This document shows, piece by piece, positions 41,951 through 52,705 of a stretch of DNA of 64,000 nt. Position 1 is the stretch's first letter. Each line of letters opens with the position of its first letter. Made by a program: the position numbers and the translations under genes. This DNA comes from Nostoc sp. DedSLP01 (GTDB lineage: Bacteria > Cyanobacteriota > Cyanobacteriia > Cyanobacteriales > Nostocaceae). Under the pieces are notes generated by a model, which ran no database searches, was not told the DNA's origin, and saw only the letters and a program-made list of their open reading frames with translations. The stretch lies in the NCBI GenBank assembly GCA_034530875.2, contig JAVRCJ020000008.1:1-64000 (forward strand), given 5' to 3'.

Positions 41951-42637
41951 GTGAGTGATTTACAAACCCAGTTACCTACAGATACATGGATTTACACTTC
42001 TTGGGAAGAGTATGAGCAGATAGTCAGCAACTTGCTCGACGAGAAGGGAAAAAGCTATTACTACAAAGGACACATGAGGCTGGAAATGCCACCAGTTAGT
42101 TTTGCTCGTGGTCAAGACCATGTAATAATTATTTTTGCTGTAACTCTATTTGCCACCATTAAAGGAATTCTAGCCACAGGCTTAGACACGACAACTTTTC
42201 GTAAAACTGGTGTTCGGGATTGTCAGCCCGATGTTGCGTATTACCTCAGAGAACGCGCCCAAGCTATCCCAGCAGGTACAGGAATTGTTAGCCTCGATCG
42301 CTATCCTGCACCAGATTTAGTAATTGAGATTGCGAAAACATCTTTACTCGATGATTTGGGTACAAAGCGATGTCTGGCGACAAGCCGCTTCGCGTCTACG
42401 CTCTATGAAGAATTAGGCGTTACTGAATATTGGGTAGTAGACGTGCAGAACGCCCAAATCATCGCATACGCCATTGCAGACCAGGGTAGTAAACGTATTC
42501 AAGAATCACAGGTATTACCTGGATTAGTAATTGCAATTTTAGAAGAAGCCTTACGCCGTAGTCGTGAATTAAGTCAATCTGAAGTTGGAACTTGGTTATT
42601 AAGCCAGTTTCAGCAACAGGGCAGAGGAAATCCTTGA
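41951..42637 (+). CDS. Uma2-family PD-(D/E)xK endonuclease with a 9-aa in-frame insertion
   Basis: QPDVAYY, PDLVIEIA, YEELGVTEYWVVD; insert at 42372-42398. Confidence 0.9.
   Translation: MSDLQTQLPTDTWIYTSWEEYEQIVSNLLDEKGKSYYYKGHMRLEMPPVSFARGQDHVIIIFAVTLFATIKGILATGLDTTTFRKTGVRDCQPDVAYYLRERAQAIPAGTGIVSLDRYPAPDLVIEIAKTSLLDDLGTKRCLATSRFASTLYEELGVTEYWVVDVQNAQIIAYAIADQGSKRIQESQVLPGLVIAILEEALRRSRELSQSEVGTWLLSQFQQQGRGNP
42372..42398. mobile_element. 27-nt SDR-like insertion splitting a HIP1 site
   Basis: GCGAT|GTCTGGCGACAAGCCGCTTCGCGTCTA|CGC. Confidence 0.8.
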
Positions 42638-42817
42638 GCTAGAGTAGATAAATCCAATTGCCCAGACGGTGCCTGAGCAATTTGCCATTCTAGATAAAAA
42701 CGCAGGAGTTTGATTAAATCAGTTAAAGTATTTTCGTAATTGTTAATCACGATATTAATCTCTGAAATTTTATGTTTTAAAAATTAATTTATTAAGTTAT
42801 TTTACAACTTATGATGC

Positions 42818-42850
42818 CGATCCCCGACTTCTTTAAGAAACCGGGGATCG
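42818..42850. repeat. Palindromic dispersed repeat, second copy at 43929-43961
   Basis: GATCCCCGA(C/T)TTCTTTAAGAA(AC/GT)CGGGGATC at both sites. Confidence 0.8.
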
Positions 42851-42912
42851 TGTTTATTACGAATAATTAAAGATTACTTTTTTATGCAGAGATGCAACTT
42901 TATCCGCATCTC

Positions 42913-43046
42913 TACTGGTGTGACAAGACTAAAATGTTGCAATATATTTTATTGTGGGATGGGTGTCCTCACCCGTCTGGGCGGGCAGGATGCCCACCCC
43001 ACAAAAGCTAAATTTTATGCACTATTTTAGCCTTGCCACACCACTA
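42913..43046. mobile_element. MITE-like element with an internal REP-like palindrome
   Basis: Imperfect TIRs TACTGGTGTGACAAGACTAAAAT and ATTTTAGCCTTGCCACACCACTA, with TA at both ends. Confidence 0.75.
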
Positions 43047-43063
43047 CAATGTATTTGTATGTC

Positions 43064-43810
43064 TTATTCTGCGTTCACAAATTCCAAATATCCATTGCTG
43101 AGTTCTTTCACCGCCAACTCATAAAATTGTTTACCGTGTTCTGGCGTTGCTAAAGCCGGATTCGATCCCATACGTCCATCGGGATAATGCGATCGAAAGT
43201 CTGCTGCACTATAAATCCTGTGTCCGCTGGCAACTTCTGGTGAAAGGTATGCTTGCTTAATCGCTTCTGGATAAACGTATTGGGTAAGGGCTACTTCACT
43301 TGGGGTTGCGTGAGAACCTTCGCGATCGCCATATAATTCTTTAGCTAGTTTATATACTGAACTGCACATAAACCAGTTAGCCACTTGACATTGTACTTGT
43401 GGGGCATTGGCTACGTGCAAATCTTCTAAATAAGCGTAGGTTTCGGAAAAAGCGGCTTTGAGGGTGGCGATGTTACCGCCGTGTCCGTTGATAAAGTAGA
43501 ACTTGCTAAAACCAGCTTTGGCGAGACAAGTTACATAGTCTCGCACTACTTGAATTAAAGTACTGGGGCGCAGACTGATTGTGCCAGGGAAAGCGGTATG
43601 GTGCAATGCCATGCCTACATTGATTGTAGGGGCAACGATCGCTCCAGTTGTATCGCCTACACCGCGAGCGATCGCTTCCGCACAAATCGCATCAGTACCA
43701 ATCAACCCTGTTGGGCCGTGTTGTTCTGTGGAACCAATGGGAAAAATAATACCCTTTGATTTCTGTAAATAAGCTTCAACTTCTTGCCAAGTACTTAAAT
43801 GTAGTAACAT
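43064..43810 (-). CDS. Creatininase family amidohydrolase
   Basis: PIGSTEQHGP, NGHGGN, HATPSE. Confidence 0.93.
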   Translation of the reverse strand: MLLHLSTWQEVEAYLQKSKGIIFPIGSTEQHGPTGLIGTDAICAEAIARGVGDTTGAIVAPTINVGMALHHTAFPGTISLRPSTLIQVVRDYVTCLAKAGFSKFYFINGHGGNIATLKAAFSETYAYLEDLHVANAPQVQCQVANWFMCSSVYKLAKELYGDREGSHATPSEVALTQYVYPEAIKQAYLSPEVASGHRIYSAADFRSHYPDGRMGSNPALATPEHGKQFYELAVKELSNGYLEFVNAE

Positions 43811-44099
43811 TTTTGATGATTTTCCTCTGAGAAGGCATCTTCTGTGATTTAACTTCTACTAACATAATTATGAAGTTTCTTTTGATTTAGTGATGGCGTA
43901 GACGCAAAGCGTTATGAGAATAAACCATAGATCCCCGATTTCTTTAAGAAGTCGGGGATCTTACAGCAGATTTCAATCCAAGTATTAAGCCTGTTTTGCA
44001 TCTGAATTCTGCCGTATTTTTCAATAATTAGGATTGAATTATAAAATATTGTTTTTTTGGATCGTCAAGAAAACAAAGGGGATCAATCCCTAATCTAGA

Positions 44100-44372
44100 T
44101 TAATCAAAGTAATAATGCTTTTTGACGTTACTTTTAATTTCCCAGACGCAAGACATACCAGCAGGAAAAATTACTAAATCGCCTTCACCCATTTGCACTG
44201 GCTGTCCACCATCAGGAGTAACAATTACATCTCCTTCCAAAAAGTAGCAAGTTTCTTGAGAATCATAAGTCCAAGGGAATTTTGAAACTTCCTTTTTCCA
44301 AATTGCCCATTTGGACACACCCAATTGTTCGAGACGTTGTTGACTGGGTTGATGCTCAACTTTAATTTCCAT
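44100..44372 (-). CDS. Cupin domain protein (DUF861/EutQ-like)
   Basis: FPWTYDSQETCYFLEG...GDLVIFPAG...W; start taken at MEIKVE. Confidence 0.9.
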   Translation of the reverse strand: MEIKVEHQPSQQRLEQLGVSKWAIWKKEVSKFPWTYDSQETCYFLEGDVIVTPDGGQPVQMGEGDLVIFPAGMSCVWEIKSNVKKHYYFD

Positions 44373-44395
44373 ACTATAGTTTTCTCTAGTTTTAT

Positions 44396-44755
44396 TTAGC
44401 AGTAGGATTGGATATCCTCTCCACATTGATCTACTAAATAACACAAAGCGCGAAAACGCAAGCTCACAAGTTCGTTATAAAGGGGATTGAGTTTGCACAT
44501 TGGAGGAATGTGAGCTATTGTGCGGCCAAAAAGCATAATATCACGCTCGAATGGACACTGGGCAGGAATAAGCTTAGCAATAAATTTGGCGAATTTACGA
44601 TTCTGAACATCGATTGCGTCCAGCCATTGACGTAATGGTTGCAGTAAATCTAATTTACGCCAAGCAATTTGTTTTTTAGTACCTGCCAGATTTTTTTCTT
44701 GTATGGGGCTAATAAAAGCAGGTAGAAAAATCCGCCGATTAGTTGTGTCAAGCAT
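44396..44755 (-). CDS. Mo-dependent nitrogenase C-terminal domain family protein (second paralog)
   Basis: LIPAQCPFERD...HIPPMCKLNPLY...LRFRALCYL; start taken at MLDTTN. Confidence 0.87.
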   Translation of the reverse strand: MLDTTNRRIFLPAFISPIQEKNLAGTKKQIAWRKLDLLQPLRQWLDAIDVQNRKFAKFIAKLIPAQCPFERDIMLFGRTIAHIPPMCKLNPLYNELVSLRFRALCYLVDQCGEDIQSYC

Positions 44756-45409
44756 AGTTTTTAGCAAGGTTTTCCTTGTTATAGATGAACTATTTACCAA
44801 TTTTGAATGCTGCTATGTAACTTATTTAGGCAATTTGCATTCTGCTTATAAACTGAAGTAAAATCCGCAGATTGCAAAGAACTTACATGCATCTTTGGGG
44901 GGAAATCGTTTGATTAATTGTTATTTAAACCCACCAAATGTTCGAGAACTGTCCCGTTAAATACAAAATAACAAAGAAAATATAAAAATTGCATTTCTTT
45001 AACTTATTGATTTCTAATGTGAAAGATTGCAATTCTATATACCAAATATAAAACCTTGGTTACAAAAACGCCTAGTACCTAGAGATGTAGTCTAGGGAAG
45101 AAAAAGAGCGTTTTGCTGTCACTCCATATACACTCCGCTAGGATTATCCCCCTACTATCTAGAGATATTTGGGTGCTGAATACTCGTAATCTGTACCATA
45201 TAGCACACAAGATAGCCTAGATATTATCTAATAAGTAGTCGAAATACTTTGATAAGTTCAAACTAATATTAGAACTGCCATATCACAATACAGCACACTT
45301 GGCGAAATTAAAACGGAAATTGCCAATTGGAATAATGGTATTTCAAACCAAAATTGCAAAATTATCTATATGCTTTAACCCCAAAATTGAGTTAGCAATT
45401 ATCAACTAA

Positions 45410-47101
45410 TTAAGCGTGTCTTTCGCAAGCTCCTTCTTCACGCCACAATTGATATAATTGCGTCGCTGGCATCGTCATATATAAGATATCGCCTGGACTG
45501 AGGTTGGTTTCTAGTAAATCCCAACCGTGCAGGGTTTGGTGGTTCGTTTCTACGTATAAAGGTACGCAATCAGTAGACATAGCTACATCTTTCACCCACT
45601 GACCGCAAAAAGCGTGTGAAGGTGTAATTACTGTAGCAAAAGCTACCCAAAGACTATCTGCTGTGATGCCATTACCAAGGATTCGCCCCCCTAATGCAGC
45701 TGCGGCAAAAGCTGGGGCTGCCAATTCAGCGGGACTGAGTACTGCCTCGAAGTCAAATAGCTGTTGCGCTATGCCAGCAAAATCGGGATCGGCATAATGG
45801 ACAATTACCGGAATACTTGGTGCCAAGCTTTTGGCTTTGAGGGCTATTTCTAAATTAGTGGCATCGTTACTGGTTACGGCCAGCACTGCGGCAGCAGTAT
45901 GTATATTGCTGGACTTGAGTATGGTGCGGAAGCTAGCATCACCTTGAATTACCGGAATGCCTAGCCCTCTGGTGGTGTTGACAAATCTGTTATTAGAATC
46001 GGTTTCGATCGCTACGACTTCATGTCCGTTGGTGTGGAGTTGTTCGGCGATTTTGACGCCAATACCGCTTAAACCACAGACAATGTAGTGATAGCGCTGG
46101 GGTATTCGTGCTGCGTCCCAAAACTGCTTAAAGCGGCTTCCCAGGACAAAATCAGTGAGCATTGCATACCAGATACCAATTACCACTGCGCCAACCAGCA
46201 TCATGATAACGGTAAATAATTTAATACTGTTGGGAGCATTTTCTACAACTTTGTCATTACCACCTGCTCCGGTTATCATGCCTACAGAAAAATATAGGGC
46301 ATCGATTAGAGACAATTTTAATTCAGCAGATGTGTAGGTGAGTGTGGCAAGTAGAATTACTGCAAGTAAGACAACAGCACCCACGACAACCGATCGCCCA
46401 TGTTGCTGAAACTGTCTCAAGCTAGTTATTACTTTCAGCAATTTTCTAATTAGCGATCGCCTCGGAGGACGGGTGCGGGGTTGCGTACCAACAATTAAGC
46501 GATCCCCGACTTTTAACTCTTGTCCTGAGATAACAGCGGATACTAAATCCATTTCACCTTCTACAGGTAGATAATAAATCAGCATCCGCGATCGGTCTTC
46601 CCACAACTCATTCAGCTTTCGACCTTTCCACAAATGATTTTCATCAATGTATTCTTCGTGAATCGGCCAAGTTTGTTGAAATAACTTGATTTGCCCGATC
46701 GCTCGACTTCCCATTGCTGCAAAGGTGAATACTGGTGCTGCCAAACCGACAACACTCATACTCAAATGGTCTGGCAAAGTCCGATCTAAGCGCTCGCCTA
46801 AATTTGTATTATAAAAGCGGTTGATGATGCGAATCTGGGGATTCAGCACTCGCGCTCGCATCATAATTGACAAATTCAGTTCATCTTTAGATCCAGCAAT
46901 TACTAAAGTGTGCGCCTGCTCGATTCCTGCTGCTTCTAGGGTAGCCGCTGCTTGCAAATCGCCAACAATCACATCCGATGCAGTTTCCCCTGGGATTGGT
47001 TGATGATGAATGCCAACAACAAATGCTCCCTGCTGTCTGAGCAAACGAAAGATTTTATATCCAGTACGTCCTAAGCCACAAACAATAATTCGAGGTTTCA
47101 T
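45410..47101 (-). CDS. Potassium channel / TrkA-N (RCK) domain protein
   Basis: Two Rossmann GLGRTG/GLSGIG RCK domains flanking a 2-TM pore region (DALYFSVGMITGAG). Confidence 0.88.
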   Translation of the reverse strand: MKPRIIVCGLGRTGYKIFRLLRQQGAFVVGIHHQPIPGETASDVIVGDLQAAATLEAAGIEQAHTLVIAGSKDELNLSIMMRARVLNPQIRIINRFYNTNLGERLDRTLPDHLSMSVVGLAAPVFTFAAMGSRAIGQIKLFQQTWPIHEEYIDENHLWKGRKLNELWEDRSRMLIYYLPVEGEMDLVSAVISGQELKVGDRLIVGTQPRTRPPRRSLIRKLLKVITSLRQFQQHGRSVVVGAVVLLAVILLATLTYTSAELKLSLIDALYFSVGMITGAGGNDKVVENAPNSIKLFTVIMMLVGAVVIGIWYAMLTDFVLGSRFKQFWDAARIPQRYHYIVCGLSGIGVKIAEQLHTNGHEVVAIETDSNNRFVNTTRGLGIPVIQGDASFRTILKSSNIHTAAAVLAVTSNDATNLEIALKAKSLAPSIPVIVHYADPDFAGIAQQLFDFEAVLSPAELAAPAFAAAALGGRILGNGITADSLWVAFATVITPSHAFCGQWVKDVAMSTDCVPLYVETNHQTLHGWDLLETNLSPGDILYMTMPATQLYQLWREEGACERHA

Positions 47102-47367
47102 GAAACGGCAGCATCTTTTACAGGCGGGGCTGCATTTCTAATTAATTATCCAGATTATTACCCGTTTTCCTCGGTTTAACTGTAACTGACAACACGATTA
47201 CTTTAACTCAAAGAGTTAGGAGTTAAGAGTTAGGAGTTAGAAGTTAAAAGTAAAAGAGTGTTTATATTTGACTTTTACCCTTGAAGAAATTGCTGTTAGA
47301 TGGCACTTTTACAAAGTTATAAAAGTCAATGTGATTTGGATACCTGAAATTTTAAAACATTCGCCTT

Positions 47368-47862
47368 ATGAAAAAGTTAGTACAATTAAAAGATTTTGGT
47401 AGTGTTTTATGCCCTTTAATGATGGCAGGAACGTTAGCGACTACAGTACAAGCACAGGCGCAGTCAGAGTCAGGGCCTATTTCTGCACCTAACGTCACAC
47501 TGAACGTACAACGTAGCAGCGGTAAATGTCCTCAAAAAATTGGATTGTGGTGGTTTACCTTACCTTATGAAGGCGGTGCCGAACATACGGTAGTGGCAGA
47601 TACTAGAGAATTTGCAGATTCGAGTAAGTTAGTTTCATCTAATAACCAGTTTGCGGAATTTGTCTCACCTTTACGCAGCGATTATGCATCGTGTGTAGGT
47701 AGAACTAGGGGGCAGGAATATAACTTCTACAATGTAGAATTTAAGAATAAAAAAGCTTATTTTCGTGTTGATTTGCGAAAAATTAACGCACCGGAACGGA
47801 TAATTACCTACAAAAATGTAGTGGCTTCTCGTCCTTATGTCAGATGGGCGATCGCTGATTAA
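47368..47862 (+). CDS. Hypothetical exported protein
   Basis: Signal-peptide-like N-terminus ending AQAQA; 164 aa. Confidence 0.7.
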   Translation: MKKLVQLKDFGSVLCPLMMAGTLATTVQAQAQSESGPISAPNVTLNVQRSSGKCPQKIGLWWFTLPYEGGAEHTVVADTREFADSSKLVSSNNQFAEFVSPLRSDYASCVGRTRGQEYNFYNVEFKNKKAYFRVDLRKINAPERIITYKNVVASRPYVRWAIAD

Positions 47863-48122
47863 TATCTCTAATATTTCAGCCCAATAGCTGATTGACAAAT
47901 ATTCTAATATGGCAATCAAATTTGATGGCGTGAAAAAATAACATATATTTTAAGGCAATAGGTAGTTAATCTTTGGTTATTGTCTATTGCCTCTCTCTAC
48001 GAGTAAGTTAAAAATCAAATATTATTTGTCAATAATGCTTCTCGAGATACTCATCGCTCGCTAGGAAAATTTATTAAAATTAAAGAAAGAAGAACATATT
48101 GATAAATTAATAAGTTTAGTTC

Positions 48123-49067
48123 ATGACTGCAATCCAGTTCCAAACTTTACCCCACACACAGCAACAAAAAGCCACTGTACCCCACTTGGGGCTGGTTTGT
48201 ATCACGTTTGATAAACAAGTGCGCTTTCGGACAATGACACGCACGCGCTACTTAAAACTGACTCTTGAAGAACGTAAAACTGCCCTAACAGAACTGTATC
48301 AGCACAATCTACAGCGTTTGCATGACGCTCTCTCCTTTTGTCAGAAAAATCAGATTCAACTCTATCGTATGTCCTGTGCTTTATTTCCTCTTTGCGATAT
48401 GGAAGACGAAATCGGCGCGAATATATTAGAGGAAATGAGCGATGAACTAGCAAAAATTGGAGAACGTGCAAAAGTATTAAACATCAGAATGGTACTGCAT
48501 CCGGATCAATATGTAGTGCTGAGTTCTGATTCTCCAGAAGTGGTAAAAACAAGTGTCAAAATTCTCGAACGACACGCCCATAACCTTGACTTATTAGGTT
48601 TACCCCAATCATCTTGGTCATTGATGAATATTCATGGTGGCAAATCTCAACGCACCGAACAACTTGTAAAAGTAATCTCAGAATTACCCCCAGCGATTAA
48701 AAATCGGTTGACTTTTGAAAATGATGAATATGCTTATAGTGCTAGTGAAATTTTAGCAGTGTGTCAGCAAGCAGGAATACCAATGGTATTCGATGCTCAT
48801 CACCATATTTGTCACGAAAATTTAGACAGCTACGACCATCCGAGTGTAGCGTCTATGTTATACGCAGCAAGGGAAACTTGGGCGAATCCAGATTGGCAAT
48901 TAGTTCATATTTCCAATGGCGAACAAGCTTTCAACGATCGCAAGCACAGCGATTTAATTACAGCTATGCCCAATGTTTACCACGAAGTACCTTGGATAGA
49001 AGTCGAAGCTAAACAAAAAGAAGTAGCGATCGCTCATTTGCGTTCTTGGTGGTTGATGGAGTCATGA
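48123..49067 (+). CDS. uvsE: UV damage endonuclease
   Basis: LGLVC, HPDQYVVLSS, NIHGG, LTFENDE, FDAHHH, EVEAK. Confidence 0.95.
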   Translation: MTAIQFQTLPHTQQQKATVPHLGLVCITFDKQVRFRTMTRTRYLKLTLEERKTALTELYQHNLQRLHDALSFCQKNQIQLYRMSCALFPLCDMEDEIGANILEEMSDELAKIGERAKVLNIRMVLHPDQYVVLSSDSPEVVKTSVKILERHAHNLDLLGLPQSSWSLMNIHGGKSQRTEQLVKVISELPPAIKNRLTFENDEYAYSASEILAVCQQAGIPMVFDAHHHICHENLDSYDHPSVASMLYAARETWANPDWQLVHISNGEQAFNDRKHSDLITAMPNVYHEVPWIEVEAKQKEVAIAHLRSWWLMES

Positions 49068-49089
49068 GTCAGGAGTCAGAATTCAGAAT

Positions 49090-49111
49090 GGGCTACACCC
49101 CGCTACACTAA
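49090..49111. repeat. 22-nt SDR-like element in an STRR tract
   Basis: GGGCTACACCCCGCTACACTAA, related to 2977-2998. Confidence 0.55.
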
Positions 49112-49287
49112 GACGAGTCAGAATTTAAAATTGAGATGCAATCAGTTCGGAGTAGGACTCAATAGTGTATGTTGTTAACTACTGAATCAAAAATTTAGCG
49201 TGCTGTTTGACCATTTCCTCAACAGCCAATACAACTCTTAACTCCTGACTCCTGAATTCTGAGTTCTGAATTCCTTTTTGATAAAAT

Positions 49288-50886
49288 ATGGCGATCGCAA
49301 TCGATTTTGGTACTAGCAACACAGTCATTGCTCGTTGGAACCCTGTAACCCAGCAGCCAGAAACCCTGAATTTACCAGGTTTATCAATTAAACAAAGTCT
49401 CAATCCGCCACTGATACCCAGTTTGGTTTATGTTGAAGACGCAGCACAGGATAAAATTTTAGTCGGTCAACAAGTACGCGATCGCGGTCTTGACCTCAAG
49501 GGCGAAACTAGATTTTTCCGCAGCTTTAAACGGGCTATTGGCTCAAATATTCAAGGTTTCTTACCTGAGTTAGATGGTCAAATTGTCACCTTTGAGCAAG
49601 TAGGGCAATGGTTTCTCACCCAAGTAATTGAAGAACTAGTACCCCTCGAAGGTGGCTTAGATTCTTTAGTTTTAACCGTACCCGTAGATAGTTTTGAAGC
49701 CTACCGTCATTGGTTAGGAAAAGTTTGCCAATCGCTAAAAGTCGAACAAGTGCGAATGTTGGACGAACCGACAGCCGCAGCTTTGGGTTATGGCTTGGCA
49801 GATCGAGAAATTCTCTTGGTAATCGACTTTGGTGGCGGTACTTTGGATTTGTCCCTTGTTAGGTTGGATCGAAGCGTCCAAGCCACAACAAAACCTGTGG
49901 GATTTCTCCTGAAATTCGGTAATAAATCTTTAGCTGAAGATTCAAAACAAAAAGTCAAAACAGCCCGTGTTTTGGCGAAAGCTGGGCAAAATTTGGGCGG
50001 TACTGATATTGATAATTGGTTAGTAGATTACTTTGCCAAAACTCAAGGTTTAGCGGTCAGTCCTTTAACAACAAGATTGGCAGAACGGGTAAAAATTCAG
50101 CTATCAACTCAAAACCAAGCCAGTGAAGTTTATTTTGATGATGAAACATTTGAAAGTTACGAACTAGAATTAAACCGCGATACTTTTGAAAATATCCTCA
50201 AAGAACATGCATTTTTTGAGTTATTAGATGAATCGATGACGACACTGTTGCAACAAGCAAGACGCCAAGGAATAGAAGTTGCAGATATTAATGCAGTGTT
50301 ATTAGTTGGTGGAACTGTACAATTGCCAGCAGTGCAGACATGGATTAAACAGTATTTTGAGCCAGAAAAAATTCGTTGCGAACGTCCTTTTGAAGCGATC
50401 GCTCAAGGTGCGTTACAAATCGCCCAAGGCATTGAAATCAAAGACTTTCTCTACCATAGCTATGGCATTCGCTACTGGGATCGCCGCAATCAACGCCACC
50501 ATTGGCATCCGATAATTAAAGCTGGACAACCGTATCCTATGAGCCAGCCAGTGGAATTAGTGTTAGGCGCTTCAGTGGAGAATCAGCCGAGCATTGAATT
50601 AATTATGGGAGAATTGGGGGCAGACACAGGTAATACCGAAGTTTATTTTGATGGCGATCGCTTGATTACTCGTCGTCTTGAGAGTACTGAAACCACCGTC
50701 AAACCCCTCAACGATAGAGAAGGTGCTAGAACAATTGCCCAACTGACGCCAAGCGGACATCCTGGGAGCGATCGCATTAAAATTTTCTTTCAAGTTGACG
50801 ATAAACGGTTTTTGCGAATCACCGTTGAAGACTTGTTAACGAATGGCACACTTTTAGAAAATCAACTTGTAGCACAGTTGAGTTAG
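49288..50886 (+). CDS. Hsp70/DnaK-like family protein
   Basis: IDFGTSNT, DEPTAAALGY, DFGGGTLD, LLVGG. Confidence 0.92.
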   Translation: MAIAIDFGTSNTVIARWNPVTQQPETLNLPGLSIKQSLNPPLIPSLVYVEDAAQDKILVGQQVRDRGLDLKGETRFFRSFKRAIGSNIQGFLPELDGQIVTFEQVGQWFLTQVIEELVPLEGGLDSLVLTVPVDSFEAYRHWLGKVCQSLKVEQVRMLDEPTAAALGYGLADREILLVIDFGGGTLDLSLVRLDRSVQATTKPVGFLLKFGNKSLAEDSKQKVKTARVLAKAGQNLGGTDIDNWLVDYFAKTQGLAVSPLTTRLAERVKIQLSTQNQASEVYFDDETFESYELELNRDTFENILKEHAFFELLDESMTTLLQQARRQGIEVADINAVLLVGGTVQLPAVQTWIKQYFEPEKIRCERPFEAIAQGALQIAQGIEIKDFLYHSYGIRYWDRRNQRHHWHPIIKAGQPYPMSQPVELVLGASVENQPSIELIMGELGADTGNTEVYFDGDRLITRRLESTETTVKPLNDREGARTIAQLTPSGHPGSDRIKIFFQVDDKRFLRITVEDLLTNGTLLENQLVAQLS

Positions 50887-51179
50887 GGAATTACTAATCA
50901 GTAATATCAAGTTGACTACGTACCAGACTTGATATTACTTTTATTTTAGTTAACCTCTACTTCCCAAGTGAGAGTTAGAATTAATTTTGACGGTAAAAGT
51001 GAAACAATTCTTCTACACTTTGGTGAGCTTCTAAATTTAAGCGTTTAGGCATAAATTCTCACTTTGCACCCTTGAGACTCCCAAAGCGATCGTATCATTC
51101 CGACGCAGACGGAATCGATATGATTTCTGAAAAAGACTGCGAGATAATACGGATAGAGATATCTGTCTAATAACAAACA

Positions 51180-52258
51180 ATGATAAACCAGCATTTAGAA
51201 ATGGCGATGCCTACGGCGAGCTTCGCTAACGCAGAATTACAAGAATTTATAGATAGTCGTCCAGATGCCCGTGAACTAAGAAAAGCTTTCTCCGTGAAAC
51301 TTGTTTATCAAGGTTATAAGTATGAAGAAATTCAAACAATTTTAGATGTGTCAGTTGGTTCAATCACAAGCTGGAAACAAGCTTACCAAGAACATGGAAT
51401 TGCGGGACTGCGCTTAAATCATAAAGGGAGAAAAGGTTATCTGAGTGCTCAACAAAGAGAAAAAGTATTAAGTTGGTTGCAAACAAAGGAGATTTGGGAG
51501 ATTGGTGAACTTGAGTATAAATTAGCATTTGAATATGATGTCATCTCCGAATCAAAACGAAGCTATTATGATTTATTTGAGGCAGCAGGAATTAGTTGGA
51601 AAAAGACTACTGGCTTGAATCCAAAAGCGGATCGGGAGGTGGTGGCTGAAAAAAAAACCAAATTGAAACATTGCTGGCAAGCAATAGAGAGGAGATAGAA
51701 GCCCGAAGGCTGAGAGTATTACTAATAGATGAGTGTCATTTATTATGGGGAGACGTAACTGGTTACGTTTGGGGAAGAACCGATCGAGAAATAGCATCCT
51801 TAGTCGTTAATGAAACAGATAAACAGACATATTATGGTGCGGTTGATTATCTTGACGGAAAGTTACTCCTTAAAGCTTACAATGCTGGGAATTCTAATAA
51901 TACAATTGATTATTTACGTTATTTATTAGACTCATCTCCCAACCAGCGATTACTTCTTCTTTGGGATGGTGCTTCTTATCATCGTTCACATCTGATTCAG
52001 AACTTTTTAGGCGAGGTAAATCAAGGTTTACCTCAAGAACAATGGAAAATTCATTGCATTCGCTTTGCGCCTAATTGTCCATCACAAAATCCTATAGAAG
52101 ATATTTGGTTACAAGCGAAAACCTGGGTTCGACGTTTTTGTGCTTTAATTCCAACATTTCGCCATTTCAAGTGGATGTTTGAGTGGTTTCTCCGAAATAC
52201 TACGTTTGATTTTATGTCTCTTCAGATGTACGGAGCTTTTTCAGAAATCAAATACTAG
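51180..52258 (+). CDS. IS630 transposase, two ORFs (51180-51698 and 51671-52258) joined by a -1 frameshift
   Basis: HTH ORF plus DDE ORF (IDECH, WDGASYH, PSQNPIEDIW); A9 run at 51649-51657 just before the ORF overlap. Confidence 0.9.
51209..51229. mobile_element. 21-nt SDR-like insertion splitting a HIP1 site within the transposase
   Basis: GCGAT|GCCTACGGCGAGCTTCGCTAA|CGC. Confidence 0.8.
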
Positions 52259-52319
52259 TCCTATATAAATAGAATTCATTAATGAATAATTAATATTTTT
52301 TTCTCTTTTTCTGAAATTA

Positions 52320-52356
52320 AAAACTGCTCTTGCTGAAACCAAACAAGAGCAGTTTT
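52320..52356. terminator. Likely bidirectional intrinsic terminator
   Basis: AAAACTGCTCTTG...CAAGAGCAGTTTT between convergent genes. Confidence 0.7.
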
Positions 52357-52381
52357 AACACCAAAGCCCAAAATTAAGAAT

Positions 52382-52705
52382 TTACGCATCCTCCAGTTCC
52401 AATTGAGCCACCGTAACCGCATTAAAAGCAAAAGCTAAAACTAATGGCATCGGAGACTGGAACCAAAAGGTAAAAAGAACAGCGAAGATTGTGCCAATTA
52501 TTGCTGAGGTAGACCACAATCTTTCTTCAAAAGTTAATCCTTTTTCGGCTTTAATCAATCTCAAAACGTGAACTGGAATCGGTTCTGGCATTACACAACC
52601 TGGAGGAAAAGCCCAGTAGTTATTACGGCGCTCGACAAATAAATCTGTCCAGCCATTTTCTTGGCACCATGCCTCAATCCATTGAAGTGAGTAATGATTA
52701 ATCAT
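52382..52705 (-). CDS. Hypothetical membrane protein
   Basis: 107 aa; WCQENGWTD...WAFPPG followed by two TM segments. Confidence 0.8.
   Translation of the reverse strand: MINHYSLQWIEAWCQENGWTDLFVERRNNYWAFPPGCVMPEPIPVHVLRLIKAEKGLTFEERLWSTSAIIGTIFAVLFTFWFQSPMPLVLAFAFNAVTVAQLELEDA

Larger units (their letters stand above)
51121..52265 (+). mobile_element. IS630-family insertion sequence
   Basis: Inner IRs TGATTTCTGAAAAAG (51121-51135) and CTTTTTCAGAAATCA (52236-52250); right end ...CTAGTCCTATA. Confidence 0.9.
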
